IMG/VR virus record: IMGVR_UViG_3300022745_000023
Coordinates: 25,635 to 89,634 of that record
Length of the DNA stretch: 64,000 nucleotides
Direction: 5' to 3' (one strand)
Origin: a virus
This document shows positions 37,801 to 47,585 of this stretch, piece by piece; the stretch's first letter is position 1; every line of letters begins with the position of its first letter. Both the position numbers and the translations under genes were made by a program. The notes beneath the pieces are model-generated. The model saw nothing but the letters and a program-made list of their open reading frames with translations, did not search any database and was not told where the DNA came from.

Positions 37801-39259
37801 AGTTGTGAGTCAACTGCAAGTTCAGTTGATCGAGGCAAATGCTCTTGTTCCCTATGCTAGGAACTCTCGCGTCCATTCCCCTCAACAGGTTCAGCAAATC
37901 AAAGCCTCAATGCTCGAATGGGGTTGGACTAACCCAATTTTGGCTGATCTTGCCAATGGCAAAGTAATTGTTGCTGGCCATGGCAGGTTGATGGCTGCGC
38001 AGGAACTTATCAATGAAGGTATCGAAATTCAGCTTCCGGGCGGTTTCGCGCTTCCAAAGGGGAAGGTTCCCGTTCTTGACTGCGCTGGGTGGACAGAGGC
38101 TCAACGCCGCGCATATGTTATCGCTGATAACAAGACGGCTCTGAATAGTTCTTGGGATCTTGAACTGCTCAAGGTCGAACTGGATGACCTGAAATCGACC
38201 GATTTCGACCTGTCGCTTATCGGCTTCTCGCAAGAGGAACTAGATGATCTGTTCGTCACACCATCCGAAGTGGCTGAGGCCGACCCGGATGAAGCGCCGG
38301 AAGTGCCGGAGACGGCATACTCGGTGCGCGGCGATACGTGGCTGTGCGGGCCGCATCGAGTGCGTTGCGGCAGTTCGACGGAAATGGGGGATTGGGAAGC
38401 CCTGATGCAGGGCGAATTGGCCGACTTGCAAGTCTGCGACCCGCCCTACAACGTCGCGATTGGCAAGAAAAACGAAATGCTCGACCGCGCTGACAAGGGA
38501 AATCGAGGCAAGACGGGGTCAATTGCCAATGACGAAATGAGTGATGGCGATTTCCGTAAGTTCCTTTACGATTTCTACGCCTGCTCAAACGCGGTGATGA
38601 AGGCCGGGGCTTCGATCTACGTGGCCCATGCCGACACGGAGGGTTATAACTTCCGTGGCGCATTCAAGGATGCCGGTTTCAAAATGTCCGGCGTTCTTAC
38701 GTGGAAAAAAAACATTATGGTGATTGGGCGCTCCGACTACCAGTGGATTCATGAGCCTATCCTCTATGGATGGAAGGAAGGTTCCAAGCATCGCTGGTAT
38801 GGCGGGCGCAAAAACATCACTGTTCAGGAAGTCGGGGACTACGAGCCGTTCATGCAAATGCCTGACGGGCGTTATGCGATCCGCGCTGGCGACCGCGTTC
38901 TTTACGTCAACGCTGATGCCGTGATGGAAGAGCAGCCGACCAGCATCATCGAGCATGAAAAGCCGAAGCGTTCGCCGCTGCATCCGACGATGAAGCCGGT
39001 TGGTCTGTGGGAGCGCTTGATGAAGAATAGCGCGCGCCCGAGGGACATTGTGATTGATGGGTTTGGCGGCTCTGGCACGACTATGATCGCGGCAGAGCGC
39101 CTTGGGATGGTGGCTCGCCTCATGGAACTGGACCCGCGATTCGTGGACGTGATCTGCGTCCGCTATTTTATGCTCACCGGGCGCGTCCCGGTTCATGCTG
39201 AAACCGGCAAGGAATTTCCATCGGAGGTTATCGAGCGCCTGCGCCCGAAGGCAGCCTAA
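37790..39259 (+). CDS. ParB-like domain fused to N6/N4 DNA methyltransferase
   Basis: PYARNSR.H, AGHGRL, AYVIADNK; DPPY, HPTMKP, DGFGGSGTT. Confidence 0.92.
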   Translation: MVVEVVSQLQVQLIEANALVPYARNSRVHSPQQVQQIKASMLEWGWTNPILADLANGKVIVAGHGRLMAAQELINEGIEIQLPGGFALPKGKVPVLDCAGWTEAQRRAYVIADNKTALNSSWDLELLKVELDDLKSTDFDLSLIGFSQEELDDLFVTPSEVAEADPDEAPEVPETAYSVRGDTWLCGPHRVRCGSSTEMGDWEALMQGELADLQVCDPPYNVAIGKKNEMLDRADKGNRGKTGSIANDEMSDGDFRKFLYDFYACSNAVMKAGASIYVAHADTEGYNFRGAFKDAGFKMSGVLTWKKNIMVIGRSDYQWIHEPILYGWKEGSKHRWYGGRKNITVQEVGDYEPFMQMPDGRYAIRAGDRVLYVNADAVMEEQPTSIIEHEKPKRSPLHPTMKPVGLWERLMKNSARPRDIVIDGFGGSGTTMIAAERLGMVARLMELDPRFVDVICVRYFMLTGRVPVHAETGKEFPSEVIERLRPKAA

Positions 39260-39276
39260 GCCCTTCCATTGGGGCG

Positions 39277-39292
39277 GTCGTGACCGGATACT
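39277..39292 (+). promoter_or_regulatory. Late promoter motif
   Basis: GTCGTGACcggAtacT upstream of gene 39322. Confidence 0.7.
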
Positions 39293-39321
39293 CTGCTGGC
39301 AATCATCGCAAGGCAGACGCA

Positions 39322-42300
39322 ATGTTTCGTTTTGACCGCCCCGTTCTGTTCTTCAAAGCCAAGGTCCACAAGACGATCACTGTCCCCGGCTATTACCGAG
39401 GCGGAACCTACGTCGCGCCCCACCAGAAATCCGTCCTGATTGAAACGGATCACGCGCCGAAGTTCGAGGAACACCATCTGGCGGACAGCAACGTCAATGC
39501 ACCCTCGCACAATAAGAAGGTGCTGCTGATCCAGAAGATGCACGAAGCCGGCGATGTGGCTGGGCTTCATGGGCTCAAGACTGGCACCAACACCTACGGC
39601 AAGAAGCAAGCTAAGCTGAAAGATGCTGCGATTCAACATTTGACGACGCCGGTTGAGCCTGACCCGGAACCTGCCGCGCAGGAGCCGGAGGTGAAGCCCG
39701 CGCCCGCTGCCCCGGAAATTGATTGGGATAAGTACAAGATCCCCGACACCAACACCAACGCCACCAGCCACAACAAGAAGGTCGAGGCGATCAAGGCGCT
39801 GCATGAGGCTGGCGATCTAGCTGGCCTCGAAGCGATGAAGTTTGGCACCAATACCTACGGCAAGAAGCAGGCGAAGCTGGCCGAGGTGGCTGCGGCTCAC
39901 CTCAAGGAATTTGGTGGCGCTGCCCCCGCGCCGCAAAGTGCGCCGGACGCGAAGCTGGCCGATGATGTGGCGGCTGCCCAAGAAAAGGCTGCTACTGATG
40001 TTGGAGCGCCTTCGGTTGCCGAAGCGCCGCCTGAACCCCAGCCAGAGCCGGAGAAGCCTGCTGACGCCGCGCTTGAAGTCAAGACTTTCAAGCATTCGAT
40101 GAAGGGGCATGCGGTCTATTCGGTGCAGCTTCCTTCCAAGCTGGGTGACGCTGAATACAAGGCTGTGGCTGCGCTCGCCAAGAAGAGCGGTGGCTTCTGG
40201 TCCTCGTTCAAGAAGGGTGGGGCCATCCCCGGCTTCCATTTCAAGGATGAAGCGAAGGCGCAGGCATTCGCCAAGGAGGCCACTCCCATCGCTGGCGGGA
40301 AGCTGCCTGAACCCATTACCGCGCCTGCGCCGGAACCTTCTGCACCCACGAATCCCAAGGCGGAATGGGATTTTGAGCAGAGCAGCAAGGTATTTGGCGG
40401 AAACCCGGCCTATGTTTTGGCAGACCATGAAAACGATACGGCATGGTATGTCGCCTATTCGCCGGATGACAAAAAGTATGAGGTCGGCAATGCGCTGGAT
40501 GATGAAGACTTTGAGCAATTCGACGCGCCGTCTGCTGCTTTCAACGCGCTGAAAGCCAAAGGTGTCACGCCGCCGAGCGTTGCGCGTCTGGCTGGGATGC
40601 CTGCGGCGGCAAATGAGAACAAGGGGCCGAAGGAAGGTGATAGCAAGACCGACGCAAACGGCGATAAGCACGTTTTTCTGAACGGCGATTGGCAGAAGGT
40701 CCAAACCATCAGCAAGGATGATGGCCCCAAGGAAGGCGACACCAAGGCCGGCGCAGACGGTACGCTCGTTTTCCACAATGGCCGCTGGCATAAGCAAGGT
40801 AGCGAAGAGCAAAGCGTAGAGGCGGCGCTTGATGCCGTTCCGCTGCCCGACCTGTCCAGCTTGGGCATCGGCGCACAAAACACGGTCATGAGCGGCATTG
40901 TGAAGCTGAAACAGAAGGTGGCGCAGGAAGGCGCTGCTGGCTTCAAGATGTTCAAAAAGGTGGCATCCAAGAAGGCTACCTATCCCAAAATGAATCTAAC
41001 CTTTGCGTCGGATCATTCTGCTGGATTCTATGGCTTTAAGGTAAGTGGCTATGCAGCCATCGGCCCTGATGGCGTGGCCGAAGGGTTCAGTTCCAATGGC
41101 AAAGCTGTGTCAGCGATATTCAACTATGTTGAAGCGCTCAAGGCGGCGCATACCAAGGCTGTTGGCAAGCCCAAAAAAGGCAAGAAGGCCGCGCCCAAGA
41201 TTGCGATTCCGGCCACTGCTGCCGACGCGGCCAAGGTTGCTGCTGTGGCTGCCTCAAAAAAGGTGGACGGCCTTCCGGTGGCAAACGCCGACAACTGGAA
41301 GCAGGTTGGCCAGAAGCAGGGCAGCAATCCGGGAGGCACGTTCAAGGATGCTTCCGGTCAGGACTGGTATGTCAAATTCCCGGCCAGCCTCGATCATGTG
41401 AAGAACGAACTGCTGGCGTCCAAGCTGTATGGTGCGGCGGGCGTGCATGTGCCGAAGCTGCGGATTGTCGAGCGCGACGGCAAGATCGGCATCGCGTCCA
41501 AGATCGTGCCCGGCGTCTCGAATGTCGGCGCGGGCATCAAGAGCGCAGAGGGCGCGCTCGAAGGCTTCGCAGTCGATGCGTGGCTGGGCAACTATGACGC
41601 GGTTGGCACCGGCTATGACAACCTGCTGAAAACGTCTGATGGTAAGGCCATTCGCATCGACGTTGGTGGCTCTTTGATTTACCGCGCGCAGGGCGCTCCC
41701 AAGACCGACTTTGGCAACGAGGTCAACGAAATCGAAGGGATGCGAAACAAGGCCAAGAACAGCTATGCGGCGTCAGTGTTCGGCGGCATGTCCGCGCGCC
41801 AACTCGACAAGTCGGTGGCGCTCGTTCTCGATGTGCCGGACGATGTGATTTCGCAGGTGGTCGAGAAGTATGGGCCGGGTTCCGCCGCCGACAAGGCCGC
41901 TCTGGCTGCGAAGCTGATTGCGCGCAAGAACGATCTGGCAAAGAAGTTCCCCGGCGCTGATGCGATTGCCAACCCGCCGAAGCCAGATCCGCGCCATCTG
42001 CCGGTGGACGCCTCTAAGCTACCGCCGAAGCTGAACTTCATGAACTGGAAGGGCGCAGGCAAGGGATTGTCGTCTGTCGCCGCCGTGAATGCCTCTAACC
42101 AACAGGCTGCGGATGCGATCTATGCGAGCGCCATGGCGGGCAACTTCTCGGCGCTCAAGAAGCTGAAATTCGACAAGGTCAACAAGCAGACGGGCGAGGT
42201 GGAAGCCAAGGTTTCGTTTGGCGATCACCCGAGCCAGCACATCAAGGACTTCTACTCGACCATCCTCGATTACATGGAAGTCATCGCCAACCCTGCGGCG

Positions 42301-43029
42301 AAAAAGATGAAGTCGTGGGACATTGGTGATTATTCCGACATTGAAGAACTGTCGGATTCCTTCAAAGCCCACTATTACGGCGTGACCGTGGGCGATGTTC
42401 CCGCTAACCAGCGCCTCGGTTTTTGGATCAGCCTTGGGCAGGCCGATGCAGCGCAGGACTTCATGCCGCCGAAGGTAGACTATATTTCCGATGCGAACCG
42501 CGAGGCTGGCAAGCAGTCAAATGTCGGTATCCCAAGCTATCTGGCAACGTGGATGAAGTCCGTCAAAGTCTCCGGCTCTGCAAACCAGCCTTACCGGGAT
42601 GGAAAAGAGGTCGATAATCAGGGCAACAAAACCCGTGACGTGCTGGCGGCTGCCTATGAACACGCGGTTGAGTTTGAAGAGGGAACTCGGCTTACGAAAG
42701 GTATTAGCCTTCCCGACGCGATGATGAAGCAAATGCTTGCACTAGAACCGGGGCATGTGTTCCAGAACCCCGGTAGCATGTGTACGTCCATGAAAGAAGA
42801 TTGGTCATGGAGCGGAAGTGCGGTTCTGCATATCGTTTGCTCTAAGGGGGCGAAAGGCCTTTATAACGTGGGTGTAGGTAAATATGATGGCGAAGATGAA
42901 GTTACTACCATTCCGGGCCAGAGGTTCATGTTGATGCAGGCTAACGGGGATAAAAATCCGAAAGAGTTTACCCTTTTGATGCTGCCGCCCGATGAAACGT
43001 ATGTTGCTAACATTCACCCGAAAGGTTAA
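39322..43029 (+). CDS. Large polyvalent protein: N-terminal tag, internal repeats, PI3/4-kinase/HipA-like domain, C-terminal ADP-ribosyltransferase
   Basis: Kinase GSNPGG..YVK..NELLA...DAWLGNYD..DN..RIDVGGSL (~41296-41930); ART LTKG...CTS...EDEV (~42690-42930). Confidence 0.75.
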   Translation: MFRFDRPVLFFKAKVHKTITVPGYYRGGTYVAPHQKSVLIETDHAPKFEEHHLADSNVNAPSHNKKVLLIQKMHEAGDVAGLHGLKTGTNTYGKKQAKLKDAAIQHLTTPVEPDPEPAAQEPEVKPAPAAPEIDWDKYKIPDTNTNATSHNKKVEAIKALHEAGDLAGLEAMKFGTNTYGKKQAKLAEVAAAHLKEFGGAAPAPQSAPDAKLADDVAAAQEKAATDVGAPSVAEAPPEPQPEPEKPADAALEVKTFKHSMKGHAVYSVQLPSKLGDAEYKAVAALAKKSGGFWSSFKKGGAIPGFHFKDEAKAQAFAKEATPIAGGKLPEPITAPAPEPSAPTNPKAEWDFEQSSKVFGGNPAYVLADHENDTAWYVAYSPDDKKYEVGNALDDEDFEQFDAPSAAFNALKAKGVTPPSVARLAGMPAAANENKGPKEGDSKTDANGDKHVFLNGDWQKVQTISKDDGPKEGDTKAGADGTLVFHNGRWHKQGSEEQSVEAALDAVPLPDLSSLGIGAQNTVMSGIVKLKQKVAQEGAAGFKMFKKVASKKATYPKMNLTFASDHSAGFYGFKVSGYAAIGPDGVAEGFSSNGKAVSAIFNYVEALKAAHTKAVGKPKKGKKAAPKIAIPATAADAAKVAAVAASKKVDGLPVANADNWKQVGQKQGSNPGGTFKDASGQDWYVKFPASLDHVKNELLASKLYGAAGVHVPKLRIVERDGKIGIASKIVPGVSNVGAGIKSAEGALEGFAVDAWLGNYDAVGTGYDNLLKTSDGKAIRIDVGGSLIYRAQGAPKTDFGNEVNEIEGMRNKAKNSYAASVFGGMSARQLDKSVALVLDVPDDVISQVVEKYGPGSAADKAALAAKLIARKNDLAKKFPGADAIANPPKPDPRHLPVDASKLPPKLNFMNWKGAGKGLSSVAAVNASNQQAADAIYASAMAGNFSALKKLKFDKVNKQTGEVEAKVSFGDHPSQHIKDFYSTILDYMEVIANPAAKKMKSWDIGDYSDIEELSDSFKAHYYGVTVGDVPANQRLGFWISLGQADAAQDFMPPKVDYISDANREAGKQSNVGIPSYLATWMKSVKVSGSANQPYRDGKEVDNQGNKTRDVLAAAYEHAVEFEEGTRLTKGISLPDAMMKQMLALEPGHVFQNPGSMCTSMKEDWSWSGSAVLHIVCSKGAKGLYNVGVGKYDGEDEVTTIPGQRFMLMQANGDKNPKEFTLLMLPPDETYVANIHPKG

Positions 43030-43037
43030 GTAAGGGC

Positions 43038-43499
43038 ATGGAACCTCAACCCGGAACTGTCCAGCTTTACGTCCCGCCTGTGTCGGATGAAAAGCGCTAC
43101 CTCGGCAATGCCGATGTGGTTCATGCCTTCGTGAGCGCATTCGCAAACGATGTTATCCGCGCCTATGATGGCTATCTGGCGGGCACCGCCAAGGCCGATG
43201 TGGTGCAGGCCCGGATCGACGAATACGTCAAGGAGTTTGGCGGCGCAATGATGGGGCGGGATGAGCGGTATGAAATCGCGCCGTGGCAGGGTGAGCGCCT
43301 GCGCGGTAAGTTCCTCGCGGCTATCCCTTCCATGAAGGGCGCTGATGATCCCGGCGAAGCCTTCTTCAAGCACCTCGCGCTGCAATGCGTGAAGTCGGCC
43401 ATGGCCCTTGCTGATGGGCAAGATGATAAGAAGGTAGGCGCGGCCCTGAAAGAGATTCTGGACGACGCGCGCGGTCGCATTCTGGGGGTTATTCAGTGA
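43038..43499 (+). CDS. Hypothetical helical protein (possible immunity/partner)
   Basis: Tightly coupled downstream of the ART domain. Confidence 0.6.
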   Translation: MEPQPGTVQLYVPPVSDEKRYLGNADVVHAFVSAFANDVIRAYDGYLAGTAKADVVQARIDEYVKEFGGAMMGRDERYEIAPWQGERLRGKFLAAIPSMKGADDPGEAFFKHLALQCVKSAMALADGQDDKKVGAALKEILDDARGRILGVIQ

Positions 43500-44356
43500 C
43501 CAAGATCCTGCTGATGAAGTCGCATGTCAAAGGCTACTTCCGCGATGGGAAGTGGGTCAAGGACTACGACAACAAGGTCCAGAAGAAATCATCGTGGAAG
43601 GGCGGGCACGCACCACTCCATCTTGAAGAGCATGAGGACGACCTGATTACCCCCGAAAAGCCCCATGCCGCCGCGATTCACCCCAAGCCGGGCGAAAAGG
43701 GTGAGCAGGTTCCGATTTACAAGCTGTCTAAGGCGACGCCGGTTAGCGAGTTTGCCGACCCGGAAAAGATCGCCACGGTTTTGCCGGGCGGCCAAACACC
43801 CATGACGCTCAATGGCGTGCCGTTCGCGCCGTGGGCCGACGCGCCGACAACCTTGCATGGTTGGGCCGATGTGGATGGCCAGAACGTCTACGATGAGCCG
43901 GATATGCCGGAGGTGCCCGACCACGTTAAAATCGGCGCGGGCGTCATCGTCGAAGAACCGGATGGCCGGGTGTGGGTGATCCACCCGACAAATGGATTCG
44001 GCGGCTATAAAGGCTCATTTCCGAAAGGCACGGTCGAGGATGGCTTGCCGGTACAGGCATCCGCGATCAAGGAAGCCTATGAGGAATCCGGCCTCAAGGT
44101 CGAACTGCTTTCGCACTTCATGGACGTCAAGCGCACGACTTCAGTGGCGCGCTATTACCGCGCCCGGCGCGTGGGTGGAACGCCGTCTGATGCGGGTTGG
44201 GAATCGCAGGCCGTCAGCCTTGTTCCGGTGTCGCAGCTTTACTCGGCGCTCAACATGGCACCGGATCACAAGCTGGCCGAAGCCCTCGGCGCCGGCCCGG
44301 CTCCCAAGGTGAAAGCTACGCCTTGGGCTAAAAATATGTCGGGTTTCAAATTCTGA
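43496..44356 (+). CDS. Nudix hydrolase with N-terminal KSHVKGY.RDG tag
   Basis: GAGVIVEEPDGRVW, FPKG.....AIKEAYEESGL Nudix box. Confidence 0.88.
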   Translation: MTKILLMKSHVKGYFRDGKWVKDYDNKVQKKSSWKGGHAPLHLEEHEDDLITPEKPHAAAIHPKPGEKGEQVPIYKLSKATPVSEFADPEKIATVLPGGQTPMTLNGVPFAPWADAPTTLHGWADVDGQNVYDEPDMPEVPDHVKIGAGVIVEEPDGRVWVIHPTNGFGGYKGSFPKGTVEDGLPVQASAIKEAYEESGLKVELLSHFMDVKRTTSVARYYRARRVGGTPSDAGWESQAVSLVPVSQLYSALNMAPDHKLAEALGAGPAPKVKATPWAKNMSGFKF

Positions 44357-44358
44357 CT

Positions 44359-44373
44359 TTACCTTTTGGGTAA
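44359..44373. promoter_or_regulatory. Operator TTACC-N5-GGTAA
   Basis: TTACCttttgGGTAA upstream of gene 44422. Confidence 0.6.
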
Positions 44374-44421
44374 TCTTGTTTATGGTGCGTCTATCAACCC
44401 AAATTAAGGACGCTCCCTGCT

Positions 44422-44799
44422 ATGTGGATCTGTTTTAATAACGCCTTCCTCTCCATTGTCGATAAGTCGAACGTGCCCGGTTGCTTGCTTGTCCGCGCTC
44501 GTCGCCGCCAGCATTTGTTGGCCGTTTTTCCCAATGCCAAGGTGAATGAGTCGTTCGGAACCGATTACCGTTTCCGGGCCGATATTCCGCGCGAAGAGGT
44601 GGCCCGCGTCGTGGCGGCGCAGGTCATGGCCATCAAATATAGCAACTTCAAGAACTCTGTGGACGATGATCGCCTGCACTCGGCCTATAACAGCGTGTGG
44701 GCGACCATGGGCCGGCTGCAACCGGGCGGCCCGTATTCGCGCAGGCGGAAAGAGCCGGAATTTCCGTTCGATGATGGCCAAGATGATGGCTTCTATTGA
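44422..44799 (+). CDS. Conserved phage hypothetical protein
   Basis: MWI....FLSIV....LLVRAR..HL....TDYRFRA....YSNFK; SD AAGGA. Confidence 0.7.
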   Translation: MWICFNNAFLSIVDKSNVPGCLLVRARRRQHLLAVFPNAKVNESFGTDYRFRADIPREEVARVVAAQVMAIKYSNFKNSVDDDRLHSAYNSVWATMGRLQPGGPYSRRRKEPEFPFDDGQDDGFY

Positions 44800-44806
44800 T
44801 CCTCAT

Positions 44807-44833
44807 AACCGCCCTTCGGGGCGGTTCTTCTTT
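44807..44833 (+). terminator. Intrinsic terminator
   Basis: aaccgcccTTCGgggcggtt plus T-rich tail. Confidence 0.7.
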
Positions 44834-44846
44834 GCATACCTGTGCG

Positions 44847-44862
44847 GTCGTGATGTAAGGCT
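44847..44862 (+). promoter_or_regulatory. Late promoter motif, leaderless
   Basis: GTCGTGATgtaAggcT; +1 falls exactly on terL ATG 44869. Confidence 0.7.
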
Positions 44863-44868
44863 ATCGGT

Positions 44869-47460
44869 ATGGCCAATGCAGTTCACCTCCCGCCGCTTTC
44901 CCCCGATCAAAAAGCTGTCCGCAAAGACTTCTGCCGGTTCAATCTGATTTCCGGGGGGAGAAAGTGCGGCAACACTTTCATCGCCTGCGACATTGCGATT
45001 TCTGCCCCTCTGGGCGCGTTTCGGGGTGGCAAGGTGGCTTACTTCGTCCACGACGCCGAATCGTTCGCAGCGGTGCGCCAGCGGCTTTCCCGCCTGCTCG
45101 AACCGGCTCTTGAGCGCCGCCCCACCAGCAACCGCTTTGAACTGAAAACGGGCGGCTCGATTCTGCTGTTCACGCTGGAAAAGGGCGTCATCGACCTTAT
45201 CGAGAACGTCTCCATGGTGATCGTGGACGACGCGGGGAAGGTGGATAACTTCTATTCCATCTGGGAGGATGGCCTGCGCCCTTTCATCGGGCGGCATGGG
45301 CAGGCGTGGATCTTTGGTAAGCCGCGAGGCCCCAAGAACGGCTTTGGCCGGCTGGCGCGTGAAGCTGATTGGGATGACGAATGGCGCTTCCTGCAAATGC
45401 CATCTTCGGCCAATCCCAAGATCAGCCCTGCCGCCATCGCCAAGGCCAAGGCTGAAATGACCGAGGACGAGTTCGCGCAGGAATTTGAAGGCGTCGTTCT
45501 CGATCAGGCCATTGAACTGTCGGTGTCGCAAACCGTGATAGGGAAAGATGAAACCTTCCTCGACTGGTGCGACCGGCTGGCGGCTGATGGCCTCAAGGTG
45601 GACGGCCTTCCATTCAAGCTGGATGACCGCCCGACAATGCGCTGGGTCTATTCGCTCATTCCCTCAACGGTGGAGGAAGCATTCGGCAAGCGGCTCGTGT
45701 TGATGAAGTGCGCGCAGGTTGGATTCACGATCATGGAAATGCTCGCCATGATCTACATGGCCCTCAAGTTCATGCCGTGCAAAGTCGGCATGTACCTGCC
45801 CGACCGAAACCTCGCTCAAATCAAGTCCTCCGAACGCTTTATGCCGGTGGTCCGCACGGTGCCGGTGGCGCACCGCATGATGATGGAAGATCCTTCCGGC
45901 GTCCGAGGTGGAAAGACCGGCGAGGGCAACGTGATGGTCCGCAATATGGGGCCATCCCGCTTCTACTTCCTCTGGACCTCCGGTAAAGGCGCAACTGAAT
46001 CCGTCCCTCTCGACGTTGTTTCGTTCGACGAGGTGCAGGAAATGGCTATCGCGGACATGGAAAAGACTTCCGAGCGTATGTCCGCGTCACGCATCCGCTT
46101 TACCCTGATGGGATCAACAGCGAATTGGCCCGACCGCGACATTCACTTCTTTTATAAAAAGGGGCAGCAATTCCAATTCTGGACCGAATGCGAAAGCTGC
46201 GGAACATATCAAATTCTCGACGATCACTTCCCGAACTGCATCCGCCTGCGCGATGGCGTTTCCATCGTCAACGGGAAGCCGGTGGAGAAAGCCGATTATC
46301 GCTATGTGTGCCATGAATGCGATGAAGTGATTGCCGACCCGCAACGTGGCGAGTGGCGTCCGACAAATCCTGATGCGGACATTATCTCGGTCCATTATCC
46401 CCAATTCCTGTCGCCCACGATCAGCCCGCGCGAAATCATCGAAGCCTATTTCAATGCCGACGACATGAAGAACTTCTTCAATCGTAAGCGCGGCAAGCCG
46501 TACCTCGATCCGTCACAGGTTCCGGTGAACCTTGAAATGCTGAACGAGTGCGCGGAACTTGGCATGGAAATGGGCGTCATCTGGAAGCAGCGCGCGACCG
46601 GAACCTTTATGGGCATCGACCAGATGGGCCAGTTCAACGTGGTCCTCATTGCCGAGCGCCTGCCTACTGGCCATATGGCCATCATCCATGCCGAGGAAAT
46701 TTACGCGGACGAGCCATTTGAACGGTGCGATGTTCTGATGGTGCAATATGGCGTTCAATGCTGCGTTTGCGAAGCGTTGCCGAACTTCAATTCGGCATGG
46801 TCATTTGCAAAACGCCATCCGGGAAAAGTATTCATTGCTGGGTATGCCGATATATCTGATGAAATGTTGCGATGGGGGGACTCTCGGCTGAATAGGCAGG
46901 ATTTGAAAACAGATGAGGATAGCCGAGTTCAATACACTGTCACCCTCGACCAATACAAGTGCATGCAGTCGGCGTTGTCTCGTATTCAAAAAAGAACGTG
47001 TGTCTTTCCAGATCCCATGGGTCTTGTACAAGAAATTCGGGAAAAGGGCCTTCAATCGGTAATCCCGATCCTCAAGGATCGTGTGTTCATGCACTTCACT
47101 CGGACAGCATTGATCGCTGAACAGGATGAAGAGCAAAAGAAATTTCGTCGTCGTGTCGTGAAGGTTGGTATCGACCCGCACTTTTCGTATGCGTTCATGC
47201 TCTTGTTTGTGGCATTCGCGCGGGCACATGGGACAAGTGGATTCATCCTGCCGGATTCCCAAAAGGAATTGACCCCCGTTGCCGCCGCCGTTGAAAAGGC
47301 GATGCCGGGCCTTCCTTCCGCCGTGGTCAACATGATGCACCTTACCGGCGAAGTGTGCGGGCGCTGCGTTTGCTTCGAGGATGGGGTCTGTTCGGAACGG
47401 AAATATCTGGTGAATGCGACCGACCCCGGATGCCCGATTTTCCTCGAATCAAGCGAATAG
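44869..47460 (+). CDS. Terminase large subunit (GpA-type) with extra degenerate N-terminal ATPase domain
   Basis: KCAQVGFT, SFDEVQEM, GSTANWP, Zn ribbon, MGIDQ, DPHF; N-terminal GGRKCGNT/VDDAG. Confidence 0.88.
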   Translation: MANAVHLPPLSPDQKAVRKDFCRFNLISGGRKCGNTFIACDIAISAPLGAFRGGKVAYFVHDAESFAAVRQRLSRLLEPALERRPTSNRFELKTGGSILLFTLEKGVIDLIENVSMVIVDDAGKVDNFYSIWEDGLRPFIGRHGQAWIFGKPRGPKNGFGRLAREADWDDEWRFLQMPSSANPKISPAAIAKAKAEMTEDEFAQEFEGVVLDQAIELSVSQTVIGKDETFLDWCDRLAADGLKVDGLPFKLDDRPTMRWVYSLIPSTVEEAFGKRLVLMKCAQVGFTIMEMLAMIYMALKFMPCKVGMYLPDRNLAQIKSSERFMPVVRTVPVAHRMMMEDPSGVRGGKTGEGNVMVRNMGPSRFYFLWTSGKGATESVPLDVVSFDEVQEMAIADMEKTSERMSASRIRFTLMGSTANWPDRDIHFFYKKGQQFQFWTECESCGTYQILDDHFPNCIRLRDGVSIVNGKPVEKADYRYVCHECDEVIADPQRGEWRPTNPDADIISVHYPQFLSPTISPREIIEAYFNADDMKNFFNRKRGKPYLDPSQVPVNLEMLNECAELGMEMGVIWKQRATGTFMGIDQMGQFNVVLIAERLPTGHMAIIHAEEIYADEPFERCDVLMVQYGVQCCVCEALPNFNSAWSFAKRHPGKVFIAGYADISDEMLRWGDSRLNRQDLKTDEDSRVQYTVTLDQYKCMQSALSRIQKRTCVFPDPMGLVQEIREKGLQSVIPILKDRVFMHFTRTALIAEQDEEQKKFRRRVVKVGIDPHFSYAFMLLFVAFARAHGTSGFILPDSQKELTPVAAAVEKAMPGLPSAVVNMMHLTGEVCGRCVCFEDGVCSERKYLVNATDPGCPIFLESSE

Positions 47461-47585
47461 ACGCGAGAAAACGTCAATTTCTTTTCATTGGCTTTACCTC
47501 GGGGGTTGACTTCTAGGTAAAGTTGCGGCTACATCGCAGTCATGTCGAGCCGGTCGGCGGCGAGACGAACCCAAGGAAAACCCAA

